A DNA stretch of 64,000 bases from an uncultured Acidobacteriota bacterium (GTDB lineage: Bacteria > Acidobacteriota > Thermoanaerobaculia > Multivoradales > UBA5704), in NCBI GenBank assembly GCA_963770895.1, contig CAVYRF010000001.1:704481-768480 (forward strand). Direction: 5' to 3'. The notes under the pieces were generated by a model. The model saw only the letters and a program-made list of their open reading frames with translations, did not search any database and was not told the DNA's origin. Position 1 is the first letter of the stretch; every line of letters begins with the position of its first letter. Below are positions 38,469-46,895 of the stretch, in pieces. The position numbers were made by a program, and so were the translations under genes.

Positions 38469-39227
38469 ATGAAGACCGTGTCCCGCCTGCTGTCCGTCGC
38501 CGCCTACGGCCTGGTGCGACCGTGGATGCGGCGCCGGGTGGGCCGGACGGTGCTCGAATCGATCGATGGCGTGCCGCTGGTGGTGTTGCCCCAGGTGCTC
38601 AACCCGCGCGTCTTCCGCACCGGCGCCTGGCTGGCGCAGGCGGTGCCGCCGGCTGCCGCGCCGGCGGCCACCCGCCGCGCTCTCGACATGGGCACCGGCT
38701 CGGGCATCGGCGCCATCTTCGCCGCCCGCCGCGGCTATCGCGTGACGGCGCTCGACATCAATCCCCACGCCGTCCGGTGCGCTCGCGTGAACGCCCTGCT
38801 CAACGGCCTGGACCAGCAGATCGACGTGCGGCAGAGCGACCTGTTCGACGCCGTCGCCGGCGAACGCTTCGACCTGGTGCTGTTCAATCCGCCATTTTTC
38901 CCCGGCACGCCGCGCGATCCGCTGGACGCGGCCTGGCGCAGCCACGACGTCATCGAGCGCTTCACCGCCGGCCTGCCCGCGGCGCTGGCGCCGGGAGGGT
39001 CGGCCCTGCTGCTGCTGTCCAGCGCCGGCGGCTCCGACAGCAAGCTCCTGGCCCACGTCCCCGCCCAGCTGCGCGTCGCGCCGGTCTTCCGCCGCGGCTT
39101 TGCCGGCGAAACGATCACGCTCTTTGCCGCCACCTGGGTCCCCGCCGCCAGCGCCAGCGCGGCCCAGGCCGGCGCCGCCCGGCCGCTGGCGGCGCCCGCG
39201 CTGTCCTCCGTGGAGGTGATGCGATGA
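38469..39227 (+). CDS. class I SAM-dependent methyltransferase (HemK/N5-glutamine-MTase-like, NPPF motif)
   Basis: ALDMGTGSGIGAIFAARRGYRVTALDINPHAV...LVLFNPPF. Start at ATG 38469. Confidence 0.75.
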   Translation: MKTVSRLLSVAAYGLVRPWMRRRVGRTVLESIDGVPLVVLPQVLNPRVFRTGAWLAQAVPPAAAPAATRRALDMGTGSGIGAIFAARRGYRVTALDINPHAVRCARVNALLNGLDQQIDVRQSDLFDAVAGERFDLVLFNPPFFPGTPRDPLDAAWRSHDVIERFTAGLPAALAPGGSALLLLSSAGGSDSKLLAHVPAQLRVAPVFRRGFAGETITLFAATWVPAASASAAQAGAARPLAAPALSSVEVMR

Positions 39228-40816
39228 GCGCCAGCGTTGCCTCGGCAGGCGTGTCGGGCGCGGCGGCGGGCCGCCAGCGGGTGCTGCTGGTCAATCCGCG
39301 CATGTGCTCGCGCCGCTCGATGCGCCTGCCGCTGTCGCTGCTGTCGCTGGGTTCGGTCCTGGAAGGGCGCTACGACTACCAGCTGATCGACGGCAATGTC
39401 GATCCCGACGCCATCGGCACCGCGCTCGCCGCGCTGGCGCAAGGCGACCATGCAATGGTGGGGGTGAGCGTCATGCCGGGGCCGCAGGTGGGGCCGGCGA
39501 TCGCGCTGTCCACCGCGGTGCGCGCGCACTTCCCGCAGGTGCCGATCGCCTGGGGCGGGTACTTCCCGACCCTCTACCCGGATTCGGCGATCAACGCTTC
39601 GTACGTCGACTACGTGGTGCGCGGCCAGGGCGAAGAAACCCTGCTGGAGCTGCTGGCGCGGCTGCCCGACGCCGGGCCGCCGGCGCCGCCATCCGACTCG
39701 GCTGCCGACGCCGGCGCCCTGGCCGGCCTGGCGGGCCTGACCTTCAAGCACGACGCCGAAGTGCGGCACAACGCCGACCGCCACTTCAAGCCGCCGGACG
39801 ACCTGCCGCCGCTGCCCTACCAGCGCCTGGCCGACGTCACGCCCTACCTGCGCCCGACGTTCATGGGGGCGCGCACCGGCGTGCACCAGGCGGCCCTGGG
39901 CTGCCGCTATCGCTGCAGCTTCTGCGGCGTCGTCACGATGTTCAACGGCGTCACCCGCCTGCAGGGAGCGTCGCGCCTGGCGCAGGCGGTGACGACGCTG
40001 CGCGACAAGTACGGCGCCGACTCGATGCAGTACTACGACAACAATTTCTTCGACCGCGAAGAGAGCAGCGTGCCGCTGCTCGAAGAGCTCGCCCGCCTGC
40101 AATCGCCCTGGTGGTGCTATGCGCGCGCCGACACCATGGCGGGCTTTTCGACCCGCACCTGGGAGCTCATCCGCCAGAGCCGCATGCGCATGGCCTACAT
40201 CGGCGCCGAAGCGGGGAGCGACGCGGCGCTGCGCCAGATGAAAAAGGGGTCGCGCGTCGAAGACACGTTGGAGGTCGCGCGCCTGTGCCGCGCCTACGGC
40301 GTGGTGCCCGAGCTGTCGTTCGTGCTCGGCGGCCCCGACGATCCCGAAGGCGAGGTCGAGCACACCCTGAGCTTCATCAAGCGCATCAAGCAGATCCACC
40401 CCACCTGCGAAGTCGTGCTGTACTTCTACAGCCCGACGCCGCGGCGGGAAGCCGCGTCAGAGGCGACGCGGGCCAGCGGCCTGCGCCTGCCGGTGATGGA
40501 CAACTACGGCCCGGACGGCCCGCCGCTGCCGACGACGCCGCTCGAATGGACCGAGCGCAAGTGGATCGACTACGTGTGCCACCAGGACGCGCCCTGGCTG
40601 TCGCCGCGCCTGCGCCGCCGCGTGCGCGACTTCGCGACCGTGCTCGGCTGCCGTTTCCCGACCGTGCAGGACGCCAAGACCCCGGACTGGGGCAAGGCGA
40701 TCCTGCGCAACCTGTCCCGCTGGCGCTACAGCAGCGGCCTCTACGGCAGCCCCTGGGAGCTGGAGCTGGCCCGGCGCCTGGTGCCCTTGCGCCAGCCGCA
40801 GCGCGAAAGCCTGTGA
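39224..40816 (+). CDS. B12-binding-domain radical SAM protein (class B rSAM)
   Basis: 530 aa. N-terminal cobalamin-binding-like domain and CRYRCSFCG radical SAM cluster. ATGA overlap with the upstream methyltransferase. Confidence 0.85.
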   Translation: MSASVASAGVSGAAAGRQRVLLVNPRMCSRRSMRLPLSLLSLGSVLEGRYDYQLIDGNVDPDAIGTALAALAQGDHAMVGVSVMPGPQVGPAIALSTAVRAHFPQVPIAWGGYFPTLYPDSAINASYVDYVVRGQGEETLLELLARLPDAGPPAPPSDSAADAGALAGLAGLTFKHDAEVRHNADRHFKPPDDLPPLPYQRLADVTPYLRPTFMGARTGVHQAALGCRYRCSFCGVVTMFNGVTRLQGASRLAQAVTTLRDKYGADSMQYYDNNFFDREESSVPLLEELARLQSPWWCYARADTMAGFSTRTWELIRQSRMRMAYIGAEAGSDAALRQMKKGSRVEDTLEVARLCRAYGVVPELSFVLGGPDDPEGEVEHTLSFIKRIKQIHPTCEVVLYFYSPTPRREAASEATRASGLRLPVMDNYGPDGPPLPTTPLEWTERKWIDYVCHQDAPWLSPRLRRRVRDFATVLGCRFPTVQDAKTPDWGKAILRNLSRWRYSSGLYGSPWELELARRLVPLRQPQRESL

Positions 40817-42537
40817 CGGACACCCAGCCCGACAGGCTGCCGGCAGCGAAGCTGCCGCTGCGGCACGGCGCCTATGCGTGGCAGACGCGCTGGCGCCCCG
40901 GCGAGCTCGCCACCGCCCGCTTCATGCCCATGGGCCTCCACCTGGAGCTGGTCACCAACAGCCCGCCCCTCCTGGCTGCCGCCCGCCAGTGCTTCGGCGG
41001 CTACGGCGAGCCGGCGCCAGACCGCCCCGTCGATCTCACCCTGAGGCTCTACCAGCACTCCGTCGACGCGCCGGCGCCAGGCGCTGGCGTCGCTACGACC
41101 GCCGCTACGTCCGGCCACCTCGCCACGGCAACGGCCGCCGCCGCCAACCCGGCCGGCACCGCCGGCCTCCCCGACCTGGCCAACACCGCCAACCCCGCCG
41201 ACCAGGGGTTCAACGGGGGCAGCGTCGCGGCGATCCACCCAGTGAGGGCGGCTGCCCTCCCGGAGGCCGGGCCGCCCGGCGCCGCCACGTCCGGCAGCTG
41301 TGTCGCCGCAACCGCCGCCGGCGCCACCCCCGGCTCCGTCGCTGCAACCGCCATCCACGCCTCGACGACCGGCAACGCCGCTGCTGCAACCGCCATCGGC
41401 GCCGCCATGTCTGGCAGCTCTAGCGCAGCAACCGCTGCCGACGCTACGACCGGCAACTCCGCTGCTGCAGCCGCCATCGGCGCCGCCATGTCTGGCAGCT
41501 CTAGCGCAGCAACCGCTGCCGACGCTACGACCGGCAACTCCGCTGCTGCAGCCGCCATCGGCGCCGCCATGTCTGGCAGCTCCGTCGCCGCAACCGCTGC
41601 CGACGCTACGACCGGCAGCTCCAGTGCCGCAACCGCTGCCGACGCTACGACCGGCAGCTCTAGTGCAGCAACCGCTGGCGACGCCACGACCGGCAGCTCC
41701 GTCGCCGCCACCTCACCTGTCGCCGCGATGGCTGGTGCCGCCGCCGGCGGCCGGGACGTGCATTTCTTTGACGGCGGCGCCGCCGGCGCGCCGCTGTCCG
41801 CGCCGATCCTGCGCTGCGAGGGTCCGTATCTCTACCAGGCCAGCGGGTCTGACACGGTGATGGTGGCCGACCGCGGCGCCGGGGTCACCTTCGGCTACCT
41901 GGCCGCAGCGACCGTGGCCGATGCAGCGCACCTCACCTGGCACTACCTGTGGCCGGCGGTTTCCTATCACCTGGAATGCCGCGGTTTTGCCGGAGTGCAC
42001 GCCGCCGCCATCGCGCGGCGAGGCCGCGGGCTGCTGCTGCGCGGCCGCAGCGGCCAGGGCAAGACGACGCTCACCTATGCGGCCACCCGTCGCGGCTGGC
42101 AGGCCGTCAGCGAAGACATCGTATGGGTGGACGCCCGCGGCGCCACCTGGTGGGGCTCGCCCTGGACCTTCCACCTGCTGCCGGACGCCCGCCAGCTCTT
42201 TTCCGAGTTGAGCGGGCGCGGCGTCGCCCTGCAGCCCAACGGCGAAGTCAAAGTGGTGGTCGACATGGAATCCCTCTGGCCCGGCAGCACCCTGCCCAAG
42301 GCCGCGGCCGGCCCGGTGGTCATCCTGGAGCGCCGCCATGGCGGCACCAGCAGCCTGGTCACCCTCGACCCGGCCACAGCGCACCACGAATGGCTGGACG
42401 GCTGCGCCCGCCACGAGCGCCAGGCCCCCGGCTACGACCAGACGGTGGCGGACCTGCTCAGCAGAGGTTGCCACCGCCTCCACCTGGGAGACGACCTGGA
42501 CGGCGCCCTGGACCTGTTGGAGCCGCTCCTGCCATGA
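40813..42537 (+). CDS. HPr kinase/phosphorylase-related Ser kinase-like protein with N-terminal Ala/Thr/Ser-rich repeat region
   Basis: The C-terminal domain carries an HprK-like P-loop and downstream block (LLLRGRSGQGKTTLTYAATRRGWQAVSEDIVWVD; compare HprK [27 protein letters not shown]). GTG 40813 overlaps the upstream stop (GTGA). An alternative ATG is at 40924. Confidence 0.7.
   Translation: MTDTQPDRLPAAKLPLRHGAYAWQTRWRPGELATARFMPMGLHLELVTNSPPLLAAARQCFGGYGEPAPDRPVDLTLRLYQHSVDAPAPGAGVATTAATSGHLATATAAAANPAGTAGLPDLANTANPADQGFNGGSVAAIHPVRAAALPEAGPPGAATSGSCVAATAAGATPGSVAATAIHASTTGNAAAATAIGAAMSGSSSAATAADATTGNSAAAAAIGAAMSGSSSAATAADATTGNSAAAAAIGAAMSGSSVAATAADATTGSSSAATAADATTGSSSAATAGDATTGSSVAATSPVAAMAGAAAGGRDVHFFDGGAAGAPLSAPILRCEGPYLYQASGSDTVMVADRGAGVTFGYLAAATVADAAHLTWHYLWPAVSYHLECRGFAGVHAAAIARRGRGLLLRGRSGQGKTTLTYAATRRGWQAVSEDIVWVDARGATWWGSPWTFHLLPDARQLFSELSGRGVALQPNGEVKVVVDMESLWPGSTLPKAAAGPVVILERRHGGTSSLVTLDPATAHHEWLDGCARHERQAPGYDQTVADLLSRGCHRLHLGDDLDGALDLLEPLLP
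41390..41700 (+). repeat. in-frame tandem repeat: 81-bp unit x2 perfect (AIGAAMSGSSSAATAADATTGNSAAAA), then degenerate 33-bp units
   Basis: 41390-41470 is identical to 41471-41551. Shorter SSxAATAADATTG units follow. Confidence 0.8.
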
Positions 42538-43721
42538 CGCTCGAAGCAATCGCGGACCAGGAGGCTACACCGCCTGCCGCCGCCGCCGCTGCCGGCGGGT
42601 CGCCTTCCGCCGCCGTCGCCGGTGGCGAGCCGCCACCCGGCGCTGCAGGAGACGCCGGGCGTCTGGCGTGGATGTGCGAGCGGCTGGCCGTTTGGGTGGT
42701 CGCCCCGCCGCCGCAGCCGCCGCCGGCGTGGCCGGCCGCGGCGTGGGAGGACTTTCGTGCCGCCACGCAGGTCCACGGCGTCGGCCCGCTGCTGGGGCGG
42801 CGCCTGGGCGACCGCCAGCCATGGTCGCAGGCGGCAGCCTGGCTTGGCGCCGAGCATGCCGCCAACCGCTTGCGCGTCGAGCGTCTGCACCAGGACTTGC
42901 GCGCGATCCTGGCGCGCTTTGCCGCCGCGGACGTGCCGCTCATGCCGCTCAAGGGCGCGGTGCTGGGGCCGCTCTATTATTCCGACCCCGCGGAGCGGCC
43001 AATGGCCGACCTGGACCTGCTGGTGCGCGCCGAAACGCTGGCGCAGAGCGCCCAGCTGCTGGTCGACATCGGCTATGAGGTGGTCTTTGAAGGCCGCAAA
43101 CACGTCAAGCTGGCGCCGCGCGGCGGCCGTCGCCGCCCGGTCAGCGACGCCGGCGGCGCCAGCGACGGCGACGTTGGCGCCGACGCCGGTGGTAGCCCCG
43201 GCCCCGGCCCCGGCGACCACGAGGCGGCCGGCGAGCACCCCGACAACCCGCGCTGGGTCGAGCTGCATCCGGCCTGCGGCGAATGGCTGGGGGACGAGCG
43301 CATCGATCTGACCGGCCCGATCTGGGCCGGCGCCCGCCGGCAGCCGCTGCTGGGCGAGCCGGCCTGGCTGCCCGACCCGGCGACCCATTGGCTCTACCTG
43401 TTGGTGCATGCCACCCACCACATCCTGATCAATCGCTTCCGTCTCATCCAGCTGCTCGACCTGCTGCTGCTTTGCCCGACGGACCTGTTGGGCGCCGCCC
43501 TCCAGGTCGAGCCGCCCGCCGCCGCGGCCGCCATGGCGCGCGCCCTGTACCCGCCTCTCGCGCTCCTCCAACGGTACTTCCCGGCGGGCGCCACCGCCGC
43601 CGCGACGGCCCTGCGCCAGGACTTGCGCGCGCGGCTGGCGCCCGGCTACGCGGCCTGGGCCGACGGCCTGGACCTGTTCCAGGCTTGCTATCTCGACGCC
43701 GCGCCGTGGAGGGCGCCATGA
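42534..43721 (+). CDS. nucleotidyltransferase-family protein (PF14907/NTP_transf_5-like)
   Basis: 395 aa. Contains LMPLKGAVLGPLYY...MADLDLLV (G-x-DxD nucleotidyltransferase core) and a C-terminal HATHH helix. ATGA overlap with the upstream gene. Confidence 0.7.
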   Translation: MTLEAIADQEATPPAAAAAAGGSPSAAVAGGEPPPGAAGDAGRLAWMCERLAVWVVAPPPQPPPAWPAAAWEDFRAATQVHGVGPLLGRRLGDRQPWSQAAAWLGAEHAANRLRVERLHQDLRAILARFAAADVPLMPLKGAVLGPLYYSDPAERPMADLDLLVRAETLAQSAQLLVDIGYEVVFEGRKHVKLAPRGGRRRPVSDAGGASDGDVGADAGGSPGPGPGDHEAAGEHPDNPRWVELHPACGEWLGDERIDLTGPIWAGARRQPLLGEPAWLPDPATHWLYLLVHATHHILINRFRLIQLLDLLLLCPTDLLGAALQVEPPAAAAAMARALYPPLALLQRYFPAGATAAATALRQDLRARLAPGYAAWADGLDLFQACYLDAAPWRAP

Positions 43722-45148
43722 GCGAGCCTGGCGCCGTCAGCGAGCCGGGCACCGTCGGCGAGCAGGGTGCCGTCAGCGAGCCGGGCGCCGCCAGCGAGCC
43801 GGGCACCGTCAGCGAGCAGGGCGCCGTCAGCGGGCCGGGCGCGGTCAGAGCGCGGGGCGCCGTCAGTGGGCCGCGCGGCATGAGCGGTCAAGGCGCCATG
43901 AGCGAGCGCCCGGTGGTGGTGGTGGTGGGCGACGCCGTGGCGCCCACCGGCTTCGCGCGCGTGCTGCACAGCATTCTGGGGCGGCTCGCCGACCGTTACG
44001 AGTTCCATCACCTGGGGGTCAACTACGGCGGCCAGCCGCACGAGCACGCCTGGCAGATCTATCCCGCGGACGGCGGCGGCGACCTGCACGGCGTGCGGCG
44101 CGTGCGCGACCTGGTGGAAAAGGTGCGGCCCCGCCTCGTCTTCCTGCTCAACGACCCCTGGCTGATGGGCGGCTACCTCGACGCCTTGGGCGATTGCCGC
44201 GCCGGCATCAAGGTGATCGCCTACGCGCCGGTCGACGCCGGCCCGCTGGAGGCGGAGCTGGTGGCGCCGCTCACCGGCCTGGATCACCTGGTGCTCTATA
44301 CCCGCTACGGCCTGCAGGAAATGGAGGCGTCGGCGGCGCAGCTGCGCCGCCTGCGCCCCGACGCGGCCGCCTTCCCGGCGCTGTCGGTCGTGCCGCACGG
44401 CGTCGATTCGGACCTCTTCCGCCCGCTCGCCGGCCCGCCCACGGCGGCGGCGCCCGGCGACTTTGCCGCCTCCCGCGCCGCGGCGCGCCGCCAGCTGTTC
44501 GTCGACCCGGCGCTGCACGACGCCTGGATCGTCTTGAACGCCAACCGCAACCAGCCGCGCAAGCGCATCGACGCGACGATCAAGGGCTTCGCGCTCTTTG
44601 CGCGCGACAAGCCGCCCAACGTCCGCCTCTACCTGCACATGGGGATGGTCGATTGCGGCTGGAACGTGGTCGCCCTGGCGCGCCGTCACGGCATCGAAGA
44701 CCGGCTCATCCTGACCGCCGAGGAGCACTTCCTGCCGGCGGTCGCCGACGATCTGCTCAACCAGATCTACAACGCCTGCGACGTGGGCATCAACACCTCC
44801 CTGGGCGAGGGCTGGGGCCTGGTCAACCTGGAGCACGCCGCCACCGGCGCCGCCCAGGTGGTGCCCCGCCACAGCGCCTGCGCCGAGATCTGGGACGGCG
44901 CCGCCGAGCTCGTCGAGCCCGTCGCCAGCCTCACCATGGAAGGCCTGCTGACCGAAGGCCGCCTGGTCGGCCCCGAAGGGGTCGCCCGCGCCCTCGATCG
45001 CCTGTACACCGATCCCTCCCACCTGCGCCGGCTGTCCGCCGCCGCCTACCAGGTCGCCACCCGCCCCGAATACCGCTGGGACGACGTCGCCCGCCGCTGG
45101 GACGATCTCTTCCAGCAGATGCTGGCGGCCACCCCCACTGCCGTCTGA
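43718..45148 (+). CDS. GT4 (group 1) glycosyltransferase with N-terminal hexapeptide-repeat tail
   Basis: NTSLGEGWGLVNLEHAATGAAQVV (EX7E) in the C-terminal Rossmann half. ATGA overlap at 43718. If the repeat tail is untranslated, an alternative start would be near 43895 (MSERPVVVVVGD). Confidence 0.8.
   Translation: MSEPGAVSEPGTVGEQGAVSEPGAASEPGTVSEQGAVSGPGAVRARGAVSGPRGMSGQGAMSERPVVVVVGDAVAPTGFARVLHSILGRLADRYEFHHLGVNYGGQPHEHAWQIYPADGGGDLHGVRRVRDLVEKVRPRLVFLLNDPWLMGGYLDALGDCRAGIKVIAYAPVDAGPLEAELVAPLTGLDHLVLYTRYGLQEMEASAAQLRRLRPDAAAFPALSVVPHGVDSDLFRPLAGPPTAAAPGDFAASRAAARRQLFVDPALHDAWIVLNANRNQPRKRIDATIKGFALFARDKPPNVRLYLHMGMVDCGWNVVALARRHGIEDRLILTAEEHFLPAVADDLLNQIYNACDVGINTSLGEGWGLVNLEHAATGAAQVVPRHSACAEIWDGAAELVEPVASLTMEGLLTEGRLVGPEGVARALDRLYTDPSHLRRLSAAAYQVATRPEYRWDDVARRWDDLFQQMLAATPTAV
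43721..43900 (+). repeat. 18-bp tandem repeat x~10 (AGCGAGCCGGGCGCCGTC; peptide SEPGAV)
   Basis: Ten consecutive 18-mers with 1 to 4 substitutions each, at the 5' end of the GT4 gene. Confidence 0.7.
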
Positions 45149-45283
45149 GAAAATCGCCGTTGATCTGACCCGCTACCACCGCCCCAGACCACTAGACGTG
45201 CGATCGGGGGGCGTGGTATCTTCTAAAACAAGCAGACCAATGTCGTCCTTCGATCCTGTTTGGATGGGGGAGAGGAGGTAAGC

Positions 45284-45589
45284 GTGGCGATTACGGTTGT
45301 CAATCAGTCGGTCGGTGCTCTGTCCTATACCGTGTTCGGCGGCTCGACTTCGGGTTCGGGCACGGGCGGGTCGGGCAGCAAGGGTTCGGGAACCACGGGC
45401 TCCGGTACCCACGGCTCGGGCGGCGGCTCGGGTGTCGTGGCTTCGGGCGTCGTCGGTCCGGGTGGCACCGCGTCCGGGATCCAGGTGGGTGCAGGCTCCT
45501 ATACCGTGGTCTTCGGGTGGAAAACCTTCCCCAGCTACACGGTTTCGGCCTCGGGTGTGGTCAAGGTGACGACGACCGTCCAGCCGTAG
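45284..45589 (+). CDS. small Gly/Ser/Thr-rich repeat protein (101 aa), candidate modification substrate
   Basis: GGGGAGAGGAGG RBS 5 nt before GTG 45284, downstream of an AT-richer spacer. Central region GSTSGSGTGGSGSKGSGTTGSGTHGSGGGSG is flanked by related beta-strand-like ends (SYTVFGG / SYTVVFGW). The ORF track lists 45260..45589. Confidence 0.55.
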   Translation: MAITVVNQSVGALSYTVFGGSTSGSGTGGSGSKGSGTTGSGTHGSGGGSGVVASGVVGPGGTASGIQVGAGSYTVVFGWKTFPSYTVSASGVVKVTTTVQP

Positions 45590-45621
45590 CGCGTTCCGAA
45601 CGGTTGCCAGCGCGGCGCGGC

Positions 45622-46656
45622 GTGTCCAGACCTTCGCTGTTCGTCGTCTCGCTGCCGCGCTCTCTTTCGACGCTGCTCTACCACGCGATCCGCCAATCGC
45701 TGGCGTTGCGTGAGCCGCAGTGGACGACGGACGGGGAGATCCTCAACGTCCGTCGCTTTGCCTTTCTGGCGGAGGAGGGCGCGGTCGAGGGGGTGCGCTA
45801 CGTCCAGCGCGATCACGACGGGCCGCGCTTCGCGAAGCTCCTGGCCTTCCTCGACCAGGTGACCCAGGCTCAAGGCTTTGCCTACAAAGACGTCATCCAG
45901 CCCTTCGTCGTCGGCGAATGGCTGGCGCGCCAGAGCGCTCCGCCGGTGGGCGTGAACCGGCCCGCTGCAGCGGCCTCCTCCTCAGCCGCTGCCGAAGGCG
46001 CCACCGCCGCTGCGGCCGCCGCCGAGCGGCGCCGCTCGGCGTCATCGCCGAACAGCCCCGCACGCCCCACACCAGCGGCGCCAGCCCCCGCGGCCGTCTC
46101 TGCCTCCAGCGCTGCGGCACCCGCCCCGCGCGTCCTGGTCATCGACCGGCCGGTGCCTGACGTGGCCGCCTCGTTGCTCGATCGCGGCTGGCTGTATCCA
46201 GCGCTGGCCGCCGACGGCGCGGCGGCGCTTCCAGAGGCCGCGCGCGCGGTGGTCGCCGGTGCCCACACCGCCGACCTGTCGGCATTCCTCCCGCCCGACC
46301 AGGTGGAACGGGCGCTGGTGTCCGGCTTGCTGCGCGCCCGCCGGACCCTGGCCCGCCTGGCGGACCCGCCCCCGGCATGCGCCAGCCGGTGGGTGGTCTA
46401 CGACCAGCTGATCCACGACGAAGCGCCCTTGCATCAGGCCTTGCAGGCGCTCTACGGCGAAGACGTCCCGCCGCCCGCCTATCTGGACGACGAGTTCTGT
46501 CGCCAGCGCGATCAGGTGCTGCGCCGCCGCGCCAGCCCGCTCTACCAGCGCCTGCAGGCGCTCAGCGACGAGCTGGCGACCACGATGCTGGCCGCGCCGC
46601 CGGCCGCCGCCATCGGCGCCGGCGTCGCCGCGGCGCCACGGCGCCGCACGCAGTAG
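45622..46656 (+). CDS. sulfotransferase-family protein
   Basis: 5'-PSB-like loop LPRSLSTLLYH near the N-terminus. Start chosen at GTG 45622 just before it. The ORF-track start at 45517 would overlap the small protein. Start uncertain. Confidence 0.55.
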   Translation: MSRPSLFVVSLPRSLSTLLYHAIRQSLALREPQWTTDGEILNVRRFAFLAEEGAVEGVRYVQRDHDGPRFAKLLAFLDQVTQAQGFAYKDVIQPFVVGEWLARQSAPPVGVNRPAAAASSSAAAEGATAAAAAAERRRSASSPNSPARPTPAAPAPAAVSASSAAAPAPRVLVIDRPVPDVAASLLDRGWLYPALAADGAAALPEAARAVVAGAHTADLSAFLPPDQVERALVSGLLRARRTLARLADPPPACASRWVVYDQLIHDEAPLHQALQALYGEDVPPPAYLDDEFCRQRDQVLRRRASPLYQRLQALSDELATTMLAAPPAAAIGAGVAAAPRRRTQ

Positions 46657-46679
46657 CCACCTGCAACACGCTCCGCTCA

Positions 46680-46867
46680 CCGCTCGCCTTCACGGCTCGC
46701 GGTTCGCCACCTGCCTCTTGCGGTTCGCCGCTCGCCCTTCACGGCCCGCGGTTCGCCACCCGCCTCTTGCGGTTCGCCGCTCGCCTTCACGGCTCGCGGT
46801 TCGCCACCCGCCGGTTGCGGTTCGCCGTTGCCGCGGCTCGCGGTTCGCCACCCGCCGGCGGCCTTCG
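46680..46867. repeat. intergenic ~48-bp tandem repeat x3.9 (CCGCTCGCCTTCACGGCTCGCGGTTCGCCACC(T/C)GCC(TC/GG)TTGCGGTTCG)
   Basis: Copies at 46680-46727, 46728-46776, 46777-46824, and a partial copy to 46867. It lies between the convergent sulfotransferase and B12-rSAM gene ends. Confidence 0.7.
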
Positions 46868-46895
46868 ACTGGCGGCCTGAGAGGGCGCCGGCGGA

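Noticed and set aside
41390-43900. Possible CRISPR array suggested by regular tandem repeats
   Set aside because: The repeats are contiguous, with no unique spacers, are in-frame within ORFs and encode low-complexity peptides. No cas genes are present.
45517-45621. ORF-track start (MENLPQLHGFG...) for the sulfotransferase gene
   Set aside because: It would overlap the strongly supported small-protein gene by 73 nt, and sulfotransferase folds begin at the PSB loop. The GTG at 45622 is preferred, though still uncertain.
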